This document shows, piece after piece, positions 9,187-17,342 of a stretch of 64,000 bases of DNA (position 1 is the first letter of the stretch; each line of letters opens with the position of its first letter). Under the pieces are notes generated by a model. It was not told the origin of the DNA. It saw nothing but the letters and a program-made list of their open reading frames with translations, and searched no databases. The translations under genes and the position numbers were made by a program. Source of the stretch: a virus (Duplodnaviria > Caudoviricetes); the IMG/VR virus record IMGVR_UViG_3300013121_000017, positions 197,681 to 261,680 of that record; one strand, 5' to 3'.

Positions 9187-9816
9187 ATGAAGCACATAGT
9201 CTTTTCTGGTCAACTCGCCAACGGCAAGGATGTCCTGGCCGACATGACCCATGAGATTCTAAACGGAATGAATGGTCCGGTCTGGAAGCGGTCAGCTTTC
9301 GCGGGGGCTGTGAAGGACATTTACTGCCATGCTTTCGACGTGGACCGTGACTTCGTGGAGAAATGGAAGCGAGATCCTTCACCGCCACCCGGCTTCCTTC
9401 AGACCGTCCGCAAAAGCCTCCAGTTCATCGGAGACGGCTTCCGCACCATCCAGGCCGAAGTCTGGATCAATCTTGCTCTGCGTGGCGAGTATCTCATTCT
9501 GAGCGACGGACGCTATATCAATGAAGCGAGGGCTGCGAAGAAACTGGGCGGGGTCAACATCCTTGTCTGGCGTCCTGGGTTCGAGAACAACGATCCCAAC
9601 CTGTCAGAGGCCCAGATTCTGCCGATTGTCCAGTGGGCGGTCGCTACGGAGCAGAATGGCCCAATCGACCACAGCCGGAAGAACCCGCTGACGGGAACGA
9701 TCCCCGAGGGTGTCGAAAACTACGACTACTTCTTCCGCAATGACGTGCCGCTTGAAGCCCTCGAAGCCAAAGTGAAGCGCGAATTGATTCCCTTCCTGCG
9801 GCATAGATACCAGTGA
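9187..9816 (+). CDS. Deoxynucleoside monophosphate kinase (phage dNMP kinase)
   Basis: IVFSGQLANGKD P-loop, SAFAGAVKD, LQFIGDGFR, ILSDGRYINE. Confidence 0.8.
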   Translation: MKHIVFSGQLANGKDVLADMTHEILNGMNGPVWKRSAFAGAVKDIYCHAFDVDRDFVEKWKRDPSPPPGFLQTVRKSLQFIGDGFRTIQAEVWINLALRGEYLILSDGRYINEARAAKKLGGVNILVWRPGFENNDPNLSEAQILPIVQWAVATEQNGPIDHSRKNPLTGTIPEGVENYDYFFRNDVPLEALEAKVKRELIPFLRHRYQ

Positions 9817-9837
9817 GGGTCCAACAAGCGAGGGTCT

Positions 9838-10209
9838 GTGGCCAATCATTTCATTCCCCAAGGGGAACAACATTTTGTGCCGAAGGGCTGGGGCTTCGAG
9901 CGGTGGATCGTGAACAACGACCTCTACTGCGGGAAGCTACTGGGTTTCAATGCAGGAAAGTGTTGCAGTTGGCACTACCACGCAATCAAGGATGAAGTGC
10001 TGCTCTTGAACTCGGGTTCGATCAAGGTGCTGTACTCCGATCAAGACGACATCTCCAGGGCCGAGGAAGTGATTCTCAAGCCGGGCGATGCGTTTCACGT
10101 CCCGACCGGACTCAGACATCGAATGGTGGCGCTCAAGGATAGCGAAATCTACGAATTCTCGACCCATCACGAAGATTCGGACTCTATCCGCTTGCAGCAC
10201 GGAGACTGA
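9838..10209 (+). CDS. Cupin protein (mannose-6-P isomerase-like; often with sugar-nucleotide genes)
   Basis: VPKGWGFERWIVNNDLYCGKLL, SWHYHAIKDE, PTGLRHRM, EFSTHH. Confidence 0.85.
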   Translation: MANHFIPQGEQHFVPKGWGFERWIVNNDLYCGKLLGFNAGKCCSWHYHAIKDEVLLLNSGSIKVLYSDQDDISRAEEVILKPGDAFHVPTGLRHRMVALKDSEIYEFSTHHEDSDSIRLQHGD

Positions 10210-10218
10210 GGAGGCGTT

Positions 10219-10470
10219 ATGCACTACGTCGGACTGAATATGGCGGGTTCCACCACCCACTTCAAGACGAAGGAAAGGCGGTATTTGGGGGACATTGAGA
10301 TCTTGGACGAACACATCCTCTACCAGAATGGTTGTTTCAAGCGAGTCAAGAGATGGCTACGCGGCAAACACCCTCAGCTTGGCATCCTGCATCAGGGCTA
10401 CACCGGCTGGGAAACGATTCAAGAAGTGGATGTCATCATGGCAATGAAGACATTCACTGTCGTTGATTGA
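10219..10470 (+). CDS. Hypothetical protein
   Basis: SD GAGGAGG; 83 aa. Confidence 0.65.
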   Translation: MHYVGLNMAGSTTHFKTKERRYLGDIEILDEHILYQNGCFKRVKRWLRGKHPQLGILHQGYTGWETIQEVDVIMAMKTFTVVD

Positions 10471-10756
10471 CCAGCACAGCCTCACAATTACTGTAGAGGC
10501 TGTCATGTTTTGTGGCATGAAAACCACGCTGGCCTTCATTCCAAACGACCAAGATTTCAAATTGGTCGAACGGGTAGCGTGTTGTGAAGACCTCCATTGC
10601 CGATTCCAAATCTTCACCAACAGGCTCGTATAGCGATTCCGTCTTGGGAAACTTCCTATCGCCGATTTCGTGGAACTCGCCGGTTTCGCGGAATGTTTGG
10701 ACGTACCACATCAACGCACTTTCTCGAAGGTCATCTTTTTGGTGTCGAATTTCCAC
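10454..10756 (-). CDS. Hypothetical protein
   Basis: 100-aa ORF overlapping the end of the upstream minus-strand gene. Confidence 0.55.
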   Translation of the reverse strand: MEIRHQKDDLRESALMWYVQTFRETGEFHEIGDRKFPKTESLYEPVGEDLESAMEVFTTRYPFDQFEILVVWNEGQRGFHATKHDSLYSNCEAVLVNQRQ

Positions 10757-11004
10757 TGATTGGCAATGTCAGGGGTGATGCCGAATTGATTTGCGAATTC
10801 ACTGATCTTGTCCACCAACGCACGTTCGGCGTTGACGACTTCCTGAGCGGTTTGAAGCTGCTGGATAGTCAAATTGGCCAGCTTGCACTTCAAGTCAACG
10901 ACTGCTTTTTCGGCGGCGTACACTTGCTCCGCTTGAGCAGCGTTCAGTTGAATCGGCTCGTCGGGCGGCGTAACTGGGTCGGTGGTTTTGGTTTTCTTTC
11001 TCAT
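10711..11004 (-). CDS. Hypothetical coiled-coil protein
   Basis: Heptad-like helix AAEKAVVDLKCKLANLTIQQLQ. Confidence 0.65.
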   Translation of the reverse strand: MRKKTKTTDPVTPPDEPIQLNAAQAEQVYAAEKAVVDLKCKLANLTIQQLQTAQEVVNAERALVDKISEFANQFGITPDIANQWKFDTKKMTFEKVR

Positions 11005-11021
11005 GAAGATAGTATAGTCTC

Positions 11022-11288
11022 ATGGCACAAGTAAAGAACATCTCCCAGTATGACGTGTGCATCATCACCGACTCCATGCGTGACGCGCGGATGAAAGTGA
11101 CTCACACCATCAAGCCCGGCCAGACCATGAACATCCCTCTCAGTCCAGGCTTGAAACGCTTGGTGGAAGAGGGCCACGTTCAACTCATCAAAGGTGGGGA
11201 GATTCTTGACATTCCTGGGGGACTTCGTCACAAGCTACCGGAGCCGCTGCCGCCCCTTCGTTCAGTGGATGATGACTGGTCTGCTTAG
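11022..11288 (+). CDS. Hypothetical protein
   Basis: 88 aa; C-terminal LRSVDDDW shared with 36355-36651. Confidence 0.65.
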   Translation: MAQVKNISQYDVCIITDSMRDARMKVTHTIKPGQTMNIPLSPGLKRLVEEGHVQLIKGGEILDIPGGLRHKLPEPLPPLRSVDDDWSA

Positions 11289-11937
11289 ACCGCTGCTGTT
11301 GCTGGATCTTCGCCCTCAGCTTGTTCATTCCCTTCTCGGTCAAAACCATGAAACGCCACTGGCGGGCCAAACAGTATTGGTGACAGGCTTCCCACTTGGC
11401 TTTGTTCTTGCCGATCTGGGTCTGGCTGGAGGGCTTCACTTCCCACACCTCGACCGTGCCGTCCTTGAAAGTGATCCTCAGATCGGGGAAGTAGTCGTGT
11501 GATATTCCCAGGAAGGAATACTTCACCGGGAAAGGTTCCTCTTCGTATTTGTGAACCTCGTCCCACCGTTCCAGCAGTTCGTAGACCTCACATTCCATGC
11601 CCGAGCGGTAGTGCATCTCTCGCTGGTTCTTTTCACTGATCATGTAGCCTTCACGGAAATGAGGCATCTTGGTGTTCATCTTCCCCTTCTTGGTGGAGAT
11701 GTCTTTCCAAACCATCGCGCGGCTCGCACAAGTTTTCGGCAGTTTGTCGTATGGGTGCTTGGCCTTGAAGTGAGCTTTCATGTCACGGACAGGAGCTTGG
11801 CAGCGTGCCAGCGGACAAACGACGTACTCACGACCTTCTTCGTGGTTCTTGGTGATGTGTTCCTTGAACAGATCGAAAGTGTCGAGACGCTCGCCGCAGA
11901 CGAAGCACTGGTAGACTCGTTTTTCTTCCTTTGGCAT
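11188..11937 (-). CDS. T4 gp4-like head-completion nuclease (TnsA-like PD-(D/E)xK) with N-terminal C2H2-like zinc fingers
   Basis: YRSGME, EEEPF, HDYFPD, EVKPSSQT, NKAKW, FMVLTE; N-terminal CFVC..H..H and CPLARC..H..H. Confidence 0.78.
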   Translation of the reverse strand: MPKEEKRVYQCFVCGERLDTFDLFKEHITKNHEEGREYVVCPLARCQAPVRDMKAHFKAKHPYDKLPKTCASRAMVWKDISTKKGKMNTKMPHFREGYMISEKNQREMHYRSGMECEVYELLERWDEVHKYEEEPFPVKYSFLGISHDYFPDLRITFKDGTVEVWEVKPSSQTQIGKNKAKWEACHQYCLARQWRFMVLTEKGMNKLRAKIQQQQRSKQTSHHPLNEGAAAAPVACDEVPQECQESPHL

Positions 11938-12404
11938 CAGTCCTCCCTGCGGAGCGGGCGGCGGTCATCTTCTTGGTCTGCATCCATGTCGTGGATGTTG
12001 GCTGGCTTGATTTTCTTGCTGTTCTTCTTCAGGTGCTTCTCCAGCATGGATGCACATTTTTCCTGGCTGATGATCTTGATCTTCTTCATGTCCTTCTTGG
12101 TGAAGAGGGCTTGGGTAGCCTTACCCAGTAGAGCGTCGTAGAGGTTGATGGCTGCGAAGCGGGCCTCGGCGAGATCAGCGTCGTCCTTGTTGGGATGCTT
12201 GATTCGCGCGAAGGTAAGCCGGCTCTCCTCGGGACAGCCGTAAACGACCTTGTCCTTGGTAAAGAACATGATGAGGTTCTGGCCGTCGAGAAGCATCTTG
12301 ATCTTGCTTGAGGCGTCGTCCTCGGCCAGATAGTTGTCCCAGATGTCCATCAAATGGCGGAAATCAGAAAAAGCCGGTGACTGTCTCAAATTCGCTTCAC
12401 GCAT
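11937..12404 (-). CDS. Hypothetical late protein
   Basis: TAAATA at 12421-12426 and SD GGAGGG upstream; coupled to the gp4-like gene. Confidence 0.75.
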   Translation of the reverse strand: MREANLRQSPAFSDFRHLMDIWDNYLAEDDASSKIKMLLDGQNLIMFFTKDKVVYGCPEESRLTFARIKHPNKDDADLAEARFAAINLYDALLGKATQALFTKKDMKKIKIISQEKCASMLEKHLKKNSKKIKPANIHDMDADQEDDRRPLRRED

Positions 12405-12477
12405 ATTGTTCCCTCCGTTCTATTTAGAGGGTGGACTGAAGAATGCTGGTGGGCAACGTGTAAGAATAGGGGGATGA

Positions 12478-12924
12478 ATGACTTGTCGAGACTGTGGCCA
12501 GCCCTGTGAAGGCTCCCGCTGTGATCTACACCGCAAGCTCCAGGCGGACGCTCGCAAGAGGCTGCTGGCCAAGCTGACGGCGGCAGAACGCAAGTATCGC
12601 CAGATCAGGTACAACGGCAGGCGAAGGAAAGCCTTGACTATCTCGAAAGAGGAGTTCATCAACTGGTTCGATTCTGCCCCGAAGGTGTGCTGCTACTGCG
12701 GCATCCCAGAGGAACGGTTGGCCGGCAACCCCGACAAGAAGAAGCGAAAGCTGACTGTGGATCGGAAGGACAGTTCAGGAGACTACTCCCTTGGGAACCT
12801 GTGCTTGGCCTGCTTCAGATGCAACAACAGCAAGAGCGACTTCTTCACTCACGAAGAGTGGAAGCAGATCGCGGAGAAGTTTGTTCAGCCACGACTTGAT
12901 GAGTATCACCGACTGGCTGGATAG
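12478..12924 (+). CDS. HNH endonuclease
   Basis: CCYCG..LTVDRKDSSGDYSLGNLCLACFRCNNSKS. Confidence 0.85.
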   Translation: MTCRDCGQPCEGSRCDLHRKLQADARKRLLAKLTAAERKYRQIRYNGRRRKALTISKEEFINWFDSAPKVCCYCGIPEERLAGNPDKKKRKLTVDRKDSSGDYSLGNLCLACFRCNNSKSDFFTHEEWKQIAEKFVQPRLDEYHRLAG

Positions 12925-12932
12925 ATAGAGGT

Positions 12933-13427
12933 ATGGCAACCGTAAGCTTTGCAGGGTTCCGTACCTTCCTTGAGAAATACGAGGCGAAGACCGAGAAGGA
13001 CAAGGAAGAGGCCAGGGAACGCTCAGATGACCGACAACCGATGGACAGCCTCGGAGGCGAGGAGTACCACTTCATGCGCGGTCCAAAGAAAACGAAGGCC
13101 AGTACCTACCGCAAAATCAAGAAGAGTGATCCGCAGCTTTCTGTGAATACGGATCTTCAAGACCCGGACCTGAAGGCCAATTATGTGCCACTCCAGATTA
13201 CACCTGGGTTGCGTGGTGGCAAGGTCGAGCCGATTGACGCCGGCTATTCGATGCAGGCAACAGACGGCAGTGGACGCGATCTTGATCCTGATGAAATTCT
13301 AGCCAGGGTTGGCAAACGCCACATGCGTCGAAAAGACATGACGAGTGGCGTGTACGATAGATGGGCCGCAGCCGCAGCCGGCGGTGCAGCCGGGGCTGGT
13401 CCAGGCCCAGCCCCAGGTCCAATGTAA
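12933..13427 (+). CDS. Putative internal head protein (capsid-targeting-like N-terminus)
   Basis: MATVSFAGFRTFLEKYE; TAGATA 5 nt upstream. Confidence 0.65.
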   Translation: MATVSFAGFRTFLEKYEAKTEKDKEEARERSDDRQPMDSLGGEEYHFMRGPKKTKASTYRKIKKSDPQLSVNTDLQDPDLKANYVPLQITPGLRGGKVEPIDAGYSMQATDGSGRDLDPDEILARVGKRHMRRKDMTSGVYDRWAAAAAGGAAGAGPGPAPGPM

Positions 13428-13438
13428 AGAAGGATGAG

Positions 13439-13720
13439 ATGATCAAATTCAAAGAGTGGCTTCAGAAGTTTGAGGCAGATCTGGCAGCGGAGACGGCAAC
13501 CACCTCTGGCGGCGGCGTTTCCACGACCACAAGTGACATCGCAGGCAATCCGTATGGTGCTGGCCCTACTTACGCCAACAAAGAGCGTGCCGGCTGGGTC
13601 AGAGACATGAACGGCGGCAGAAGCACTCGCTGCACCAAAGACAACGGCAAGTGTGGCCTCGCCGGTGACGGCAAGATCATGATGAAATTCAACAAGCCGA
13701 CGCTCCACGACACGCCATGA
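13439..13720 (+). CDS. Putative internal head protein (capsid-targeting-like N-terminus)
   Basis: MIKFKEWLQKFE; follows the previous late gene. Confidence 0.65.
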   Translation: MIKFKEWLQKFEADLAAETATTSGGGVSTTTSDIAGNPYGAGPTYANKERAGWVRDMNGGRSTRCTKDNGKCGLAGDGKIMMKFNKPTLHDTP

Positions 13721-13737
13721 CATGACTATGATATGGC

Positions 13738-14079
13738 ATGCACCAATTCGCACTCGTCATCTGGGGGACACCCCAGCCATCCCAAGACGCTTCCCTCCCT
13801 TTGCCGAAAAACCCCTGGCTTCTACGTCGCCGGGTGGGCGGCGTGAAGTATGAGGTCGAGCGTCTTTTTTCACGTTTCGCTGAGAAGAGGCTCTCCCCTC
13901 AACAGGCGAAAGACCAGATCCTGACATTCCTGTCTTCCGAATACCAGCGGAACGAGGTATACTACCGATTCATCAACATGAGGATCGGCATCCGCCGGAT
14001 GGCCGTATACCTTCTGGGCCGCTACATTCAGGAGTTTGAGCAATGTCGGAAGAACAGGTCCACGAACACTACGACGTGA
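13738..14079 (+). CDS. Hypothetical protein
   Basis: 113-aa ORF overlapping the thyX start. Confidence 0.6.
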   Translation: MHQFALVIWGTPQPSQDASLPLPKNPWLLRRRVGGVKYEVERLFSRFAEKRLSPQQAKDQILTFLSSEYQRNEVYYRFINMRIGIRRMAVYLLGRYIQEFEQCRKNRSTNTTT

Positions 14080-14948
14080 TGACCCTGGTCCCCAACCGGA
14101 CCCACAAGCTGCTTGACTATGGTCACGTCACGCTCGTTGACTGTATGCCGCGTTTTGCCCCGGTGGGCTTCACGGCAGACGCTGCCATTGTGCAGGCGGC
14201 ACGGGTGTCCTACGGCGACGGCACGAAGAAAACCTCTGAAGACAGAGGTCTGATTCGTTATCTGATGCGTCACGGTCACACCACGCCGTTCGAGATGGTC
14301 GAGTTCAAGTTCCACTGCAAGATGCCCATCTTCGTCGCACGGCAGTGGATACGCCATCGCACCGCCAACGTCAACGAGATCTCGGGCCGCTACTCGATCA
14401 TGAAGGACGAGTTCTACAAGCCGGATGCCGCCGGCATTCGCGCACAATCCAAGACGAACAAGCAGGGCGGCACAGATCCCATCGACGTGGAGACGGCCAA
14501 GGACTTTCTCGCCTATCTGGACGAGATCTGCATCAAAGCCTACCAGACCTACGAGCAGTACGCGAAAGAGGGCGTGAGCCGCGAACAGGCTCGTATGGTC
14601 TTGCCACTCAACCTGTACACGGAATGGTACTGGAAGATTGACCTCCACAACCTCTTCCACTTCCTCGGCCTCCGCTGTGACGCCCACGCTCAGTACGAAA
14701 TCCGCGTCTTCGCCGATGCGATGCTAGAATTGATTAAGCCTCTCGTACCGTTCGCGGTCGAGGCTTGGAACGACTATCACTTCCGCCGGCAAGCCGTTCT
14801 GCTGACCCGTCTGGAAGTGGACGCTCTCAAGAAGATGCTCGGCGAAGACTGCAAGGGCGTCATGATTGACAGCGACAACAGTCGTGAAAAGGAAGAGTGG
14901 AAAGCCAAGCTGATTCGCCTGGGTCTGACCCTCGAATCAGGCTTCTAG
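14043..14948 (+). CDS. thyX: FAD-dependent thymidylate synthase
   Basis: AARVSY, HTTPFEM, VARQWIRHRTANVNEISGRYS (RHR-x7-S), REQARMVLP, LRCDAHAQYEIR. Confidence 0.97.
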   Translation: MSEEQVHEHYDVMTLVPNRTHKLLDYGHVTLVDCMPRFAPVGFTADAAIVQAARVSYGDGTKKTSEDRGLIRYLMRHGHTTPFEMVEFKFHCKMPIFVARQWIRHRTANVNEISGRYSIMKDEFYKPDAAGIRAQSKTNKQGGTDPIDVETAKDFLAYLDEICIKAYQTYEQYAKEGVSREQARMVLPLNLYTEWYWKIDLHNLFHFLGLRCDAHAQYEIRVFADAMLELIKPLVPFAVEAWNDYHFRRQAVLLTRLEVDALKKMLGEDCKGVMIDSDNSREKEEWKAKLIRLGLTLESGF

Positions 14949-14956
14949 GAGGTTTC

Positions 14957-15412
14957 ATGAGCGATAGAGTTGGCAAGTTTGTACTTGCCGTGTCTTGCCT
15001 TACGCTGCTGTCCGTCGCGTTCCTGACGTACCGCAGTTTTTCCCCGTTGGCGTTCGTTGCCAACGAATACAGCCCGACTTCTGACCAAGTGACCACGGAC
15101 TTGCTCGGCAAGTCTGTGGGCCTCCCACAGGGCCAGATCTGGGGTTTCAATCCCGATCAGGCTTTGACGGTGAAGACGGTCGGGAAGAAGCAGTTGGACC
15201 CGGATACTGTCGTTGTGACGGTTGATGTCAACGCCGTTGTCAAGTTCCCACCGCCGCCGAAGGAAGGCCCGAATGCACCAAAGGCCAACGACCCGCCCGC
15301 GCCTAAGAAGGCGACGTTGACTGGGTTGGCCAAGGTCTACTACGAGCGACACCAGGGACAGTGGTACTGTACCAGCGTGGACGGCATCAACCTCAAGGTG
15401 ACAGCGGAATGA
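14957..15412 (+). CDS. Membrane-anchored/exported hypothetical protein
   Basis: SD AGGAGG; N-terminal hydrophobic helix, Pro-rich loop. Confidence 0.7.
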   Translation: MSDRVGKFVLAVSCLTLLSVAFLTYRSFSPLAFVANEYSPTSDQVTTDLLGKSVGLPQGQIWGFNPDQALTVKTVGKKQLDPDTVVVTVDVNAVVKFPPPPKEGPNAPKANDPPAPKKATLTGLAKVYYERHQGQWYCTSVDGINLKVTAE

Positions 15413-15618
15413 CGATTCGTCAGTCCTTCTACCTTGTGTGTTGCAACTGCAACAACCAGTTTATTGACCCGCAGTATGGAGGTCAGTTTTGCAGTCCCGA
15501 GGAAGCCAAAGAGACGGCTATGAAGAGGGGCTGGAAGATCGATGTCCCAGTGCCTAATGGATCACTGTGGGATTTCTGTCCGAGATGTGCAACAAAAAAC
15601 CCCGCGTCAGATGACTGA
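15409..15618 (+). CDS. Small zinc-finger protein
   Basis: CCNC ... AMKRGW ... DFCPRC; ATGA overlap. Confidence 0.7.
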   Translation: MTIRQSFYLVCCNCNNQFIDPQYGGQFCSPEEAKETAMKRGWKIDVPVPNGSLWDFCPRCATKNPASDD

Positions 15619-15635
15619 CGCGGGGTTTCCTTTTT
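15597..15635. terminator. Bidirectional intrinsic terminator
   Basis: AAACCCCGCGTCAG-atga-CTGACGCGGGGTTT between convergent genes, with an A-tract and a T-tract. Confidence 0.8.
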
Positions 15636-15646
15636 CAGGGCCGGTA

Positions 15647-16384
15647 TTAGCGGCGGATGACGACTCTGTTGCCGAAGAGGCCGTTGCGGACAACGACCGC
15701 GTTGTTACCGACGACGACTCTGTTGCCAAAGACACCGTTGCGGACGGCAACCACGTTGTTGTGGCCGAAGCCGACGTTGCGGACGGCAACCACGTTGTTG
15801 TGGCCGAAGCCGACACCGTAGTTACCGAAGCCGACACCGTAGTTACCGAAGCCGACACCGTAGTTACCGAAGCCGACACCGTAGTTACCGAAGCCGACAC
15901 CGTAGGTCGGGGTGGCAACCACACCAACCGGGCAAACCGGGGCTGCGTAGACAGGTGCTGCGACCGGGCAGGGTGCTGCGACAGGTGCTGCGACCGGGTA
16001 GCTGTAAGGAATCGGGGCTGCGATGGTCGGAACAGCGACCGCGACGGGCGGTGCGTAGGCGACCGGGACAGCGACCGGGTAGGCATACGGAACAGCAGCG
16101 AAGGCGTTGTAGCCGTAGCCACCGAAGCCGACACCGTAGTTGCCGAAGCCGAAGCCGAAGTTGTTGTAGCCGTGGTTGAAGCTGCGAACAGCGACCACGT
16201 TGTTGTGGAAGCCGACGTTGCGGACGGCGACCACGTTGTTGTGACCGAAGCCGACGTTGCGGACGGCGACTACGTTGTGGCCATTACCCACACGGACAGC
16301 CACTGTTCCGTGTGCTTGGGCAGCAGTTGCCGATCCGCAGATCAGCGCCACCACCAGGGCCATCGAGGCGAAAAACTTGTTCAT
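15647..16384 (-). CDS. Secreted low-complexity repeat protein (G/V/N/F/Y-rich, amyloid-like)
   Basis: Sec signal (MNKFFASMALVVALICGSATAAQA), repeats NVVAVRNVGFGH and YGVGFGN, central P/A/V/Y segment; SD AAGGAGAG. Confidence 0.8.
   Translation of the reverse strand: MNKFFASMALVVALICGSATAAQAHGTVAVRVGNGHNVVAVRNVGFGHNNVVAVRNVGFHNNVVAVRSFNHGYNNFGFGFGNYGVGFGGYGYNAFAAVPYAYPVAVPVAYAPPVAVAVPTIAAPIPYSYPVAAPVAAPCPVAAPVYAAPVCPVGVVATPTYGVGFGNYGVGFGNYGVGFGNYGVGFGNYGVGFGHNNVVAVRNVGFGHNNVVAVRNGVFGNRVVVGNNAVVVRNGLFGNRVVIRR
15804..15905. repeat. 21-bp tandem repeat (4 perfect copies + partial) encoding YGVGFGN
   Basis: CCGAAGCCGACACCGTAGTTA x4 + CCGAAGCCGACACCGTAG; flanked by about 39-bp repeats encoding NNVVAVRNVGFGH. 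Confidence 0.95.
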
Positions 16385-16451
16385 GTTAGCTCTCCTTGTG
16401 AGTTCGAGTTCAGAGTTGACCTCAAGAGTATGTATGCCGCTGACTCACTAT

Positions 16452-17318
16452 TTAGCGGCCCTCAAGCCAAGCCGTAATGACTTGGTACTCTTGCTGGGTC
16501 AGGGCGAAGTTAGACTGACGCGGGGGCATCCGGCCTCCCTTGATCTCACTGAGCATTGACCTGAACGGGGCGTCCGGGTTCAACTGATTCAACTGACTGA
16601 AGATCACGACCTCGCCCTTGGACCCAGGCCCGGTGTGACAGTTCATGCAGTTCTTCGCCAGGGCGTTAATAGCCGGCTGTGCGAAGGGCGATTGCGGGTT
16701 GGGGCGACCACCAAGGTTTCCAACGGGCGGGTTTGTTGGTCCACCCACGGGCGGTGTGACCGGCGGCGTCACAGGAGCCTGTGCGCCAGGGTAGATTGCC
16801 ATTGGAGGTCCGTCGTCTGTGCCGCCATTATCAATGGCGTCCTGACGCCGCATTTCTTCCAAGAGCAGCTTGGCAAGTTCCTTCAGCTTGGCGTTGCCGT
16901 TATCAGCACCGGGCATAACCGGCTGAGGCTGTGCAACTGGTTGCTGGTAGGGACCGTTGTACTGAACCGGCGGTGCATAGCTGGGGCCGGCAGGCATGCC
17001 TCCTGGCTGAACCGGGTATGGCGATCCATAACCGGGAGCAGGTGCGCCTGGGTAGACTGGTACGCCTGGGGCCACAGCGACAGGCGGAACGTACTGGTAT
17101 GTGAAGGCAGGCACGATGACCGGGAGGGCCACAGGCACTGCGATGGGGGTAATAACTTCAGCGACTGGCGTAACCACAGCAGGCTTGTGAACCACGACCG
17201 GAGTGTGGCACACAGGATTGCCTCGGACGACTACGCCACGTCCACACGACTGAGCAAACACTGGTGACGCTGCAAACGCCAGCAGGAATGCACAGAGAAA
17301 AGCGATCTTCGTTTTCAT
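16452..17318 (-). CDS. Secreted Pro-rich protein with C-terminal c-type cytochrome domain (planctomycete cytochrome c-like)
   Basis: Signal peptide; 'ALAKNCMNCHTG ... GRMPP ... LTQQEYQVITAWL' (CxxCH plus distal Met). Confidence 0.82.
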   Translation of the reverse strand: MKTKIAFLCAFLLAFAASPVFAQSCGRGVVVRGNPVCHTPVVVHKPAVVTPVAEVITPIAVPVALPVIVPAFTYQYVPPVAVAPGVPVYPGAPAPGYGSPYPVQPGGMPAGPSYAPPVQYNGPYQQPVAQPQPVMPGADNGNAKLKELAKLLLEEMRRQDAIDNGGTDDGPPMAIYPGAQAPVTPPVTPPVGGPTNPPVGNLGGRPNPQSPFAQPAINALAKNCMNCHTGPGSKGEVVIFSQLNQLNPDAPFRSMLSEIKGGRMPPRQSNFALTQQEYQVITAWLEGR

Positions 17319-17342
17319 GGGGGTTCTCCTTGTTGAGAGTAT

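Noticed and set aside
11005-11021. Second promoter class (ACTAT..TA-like) before several SD-less genes (11004/11022, 13738, 3380)
   Set aside because: The instances are too divergent to define a consensus by eye; needs motif discovery.
11188-11937. Tn7-like transposon (TnsA)
   Set aside because: No TnsB/C/D or terminal repeats; the NKAKW/EVKP..QT motifs fit phage gp4-type proteins better.
15730-16290. Direct repeats as a possible CRISPR array
   Set aside because: The units are head-to-tail with no unique spacers, are multiples of 3, and encode peptide repeats within a signal-peptide ORF; no cas genes in the window.
15542-16477. 311-aa plus-strand ORF with VVTEADT repeats
   Set aside because: Antisense shadow of the minus-strand gene, which has an SD, signal peptide and operon context; it also crosses a terminator.
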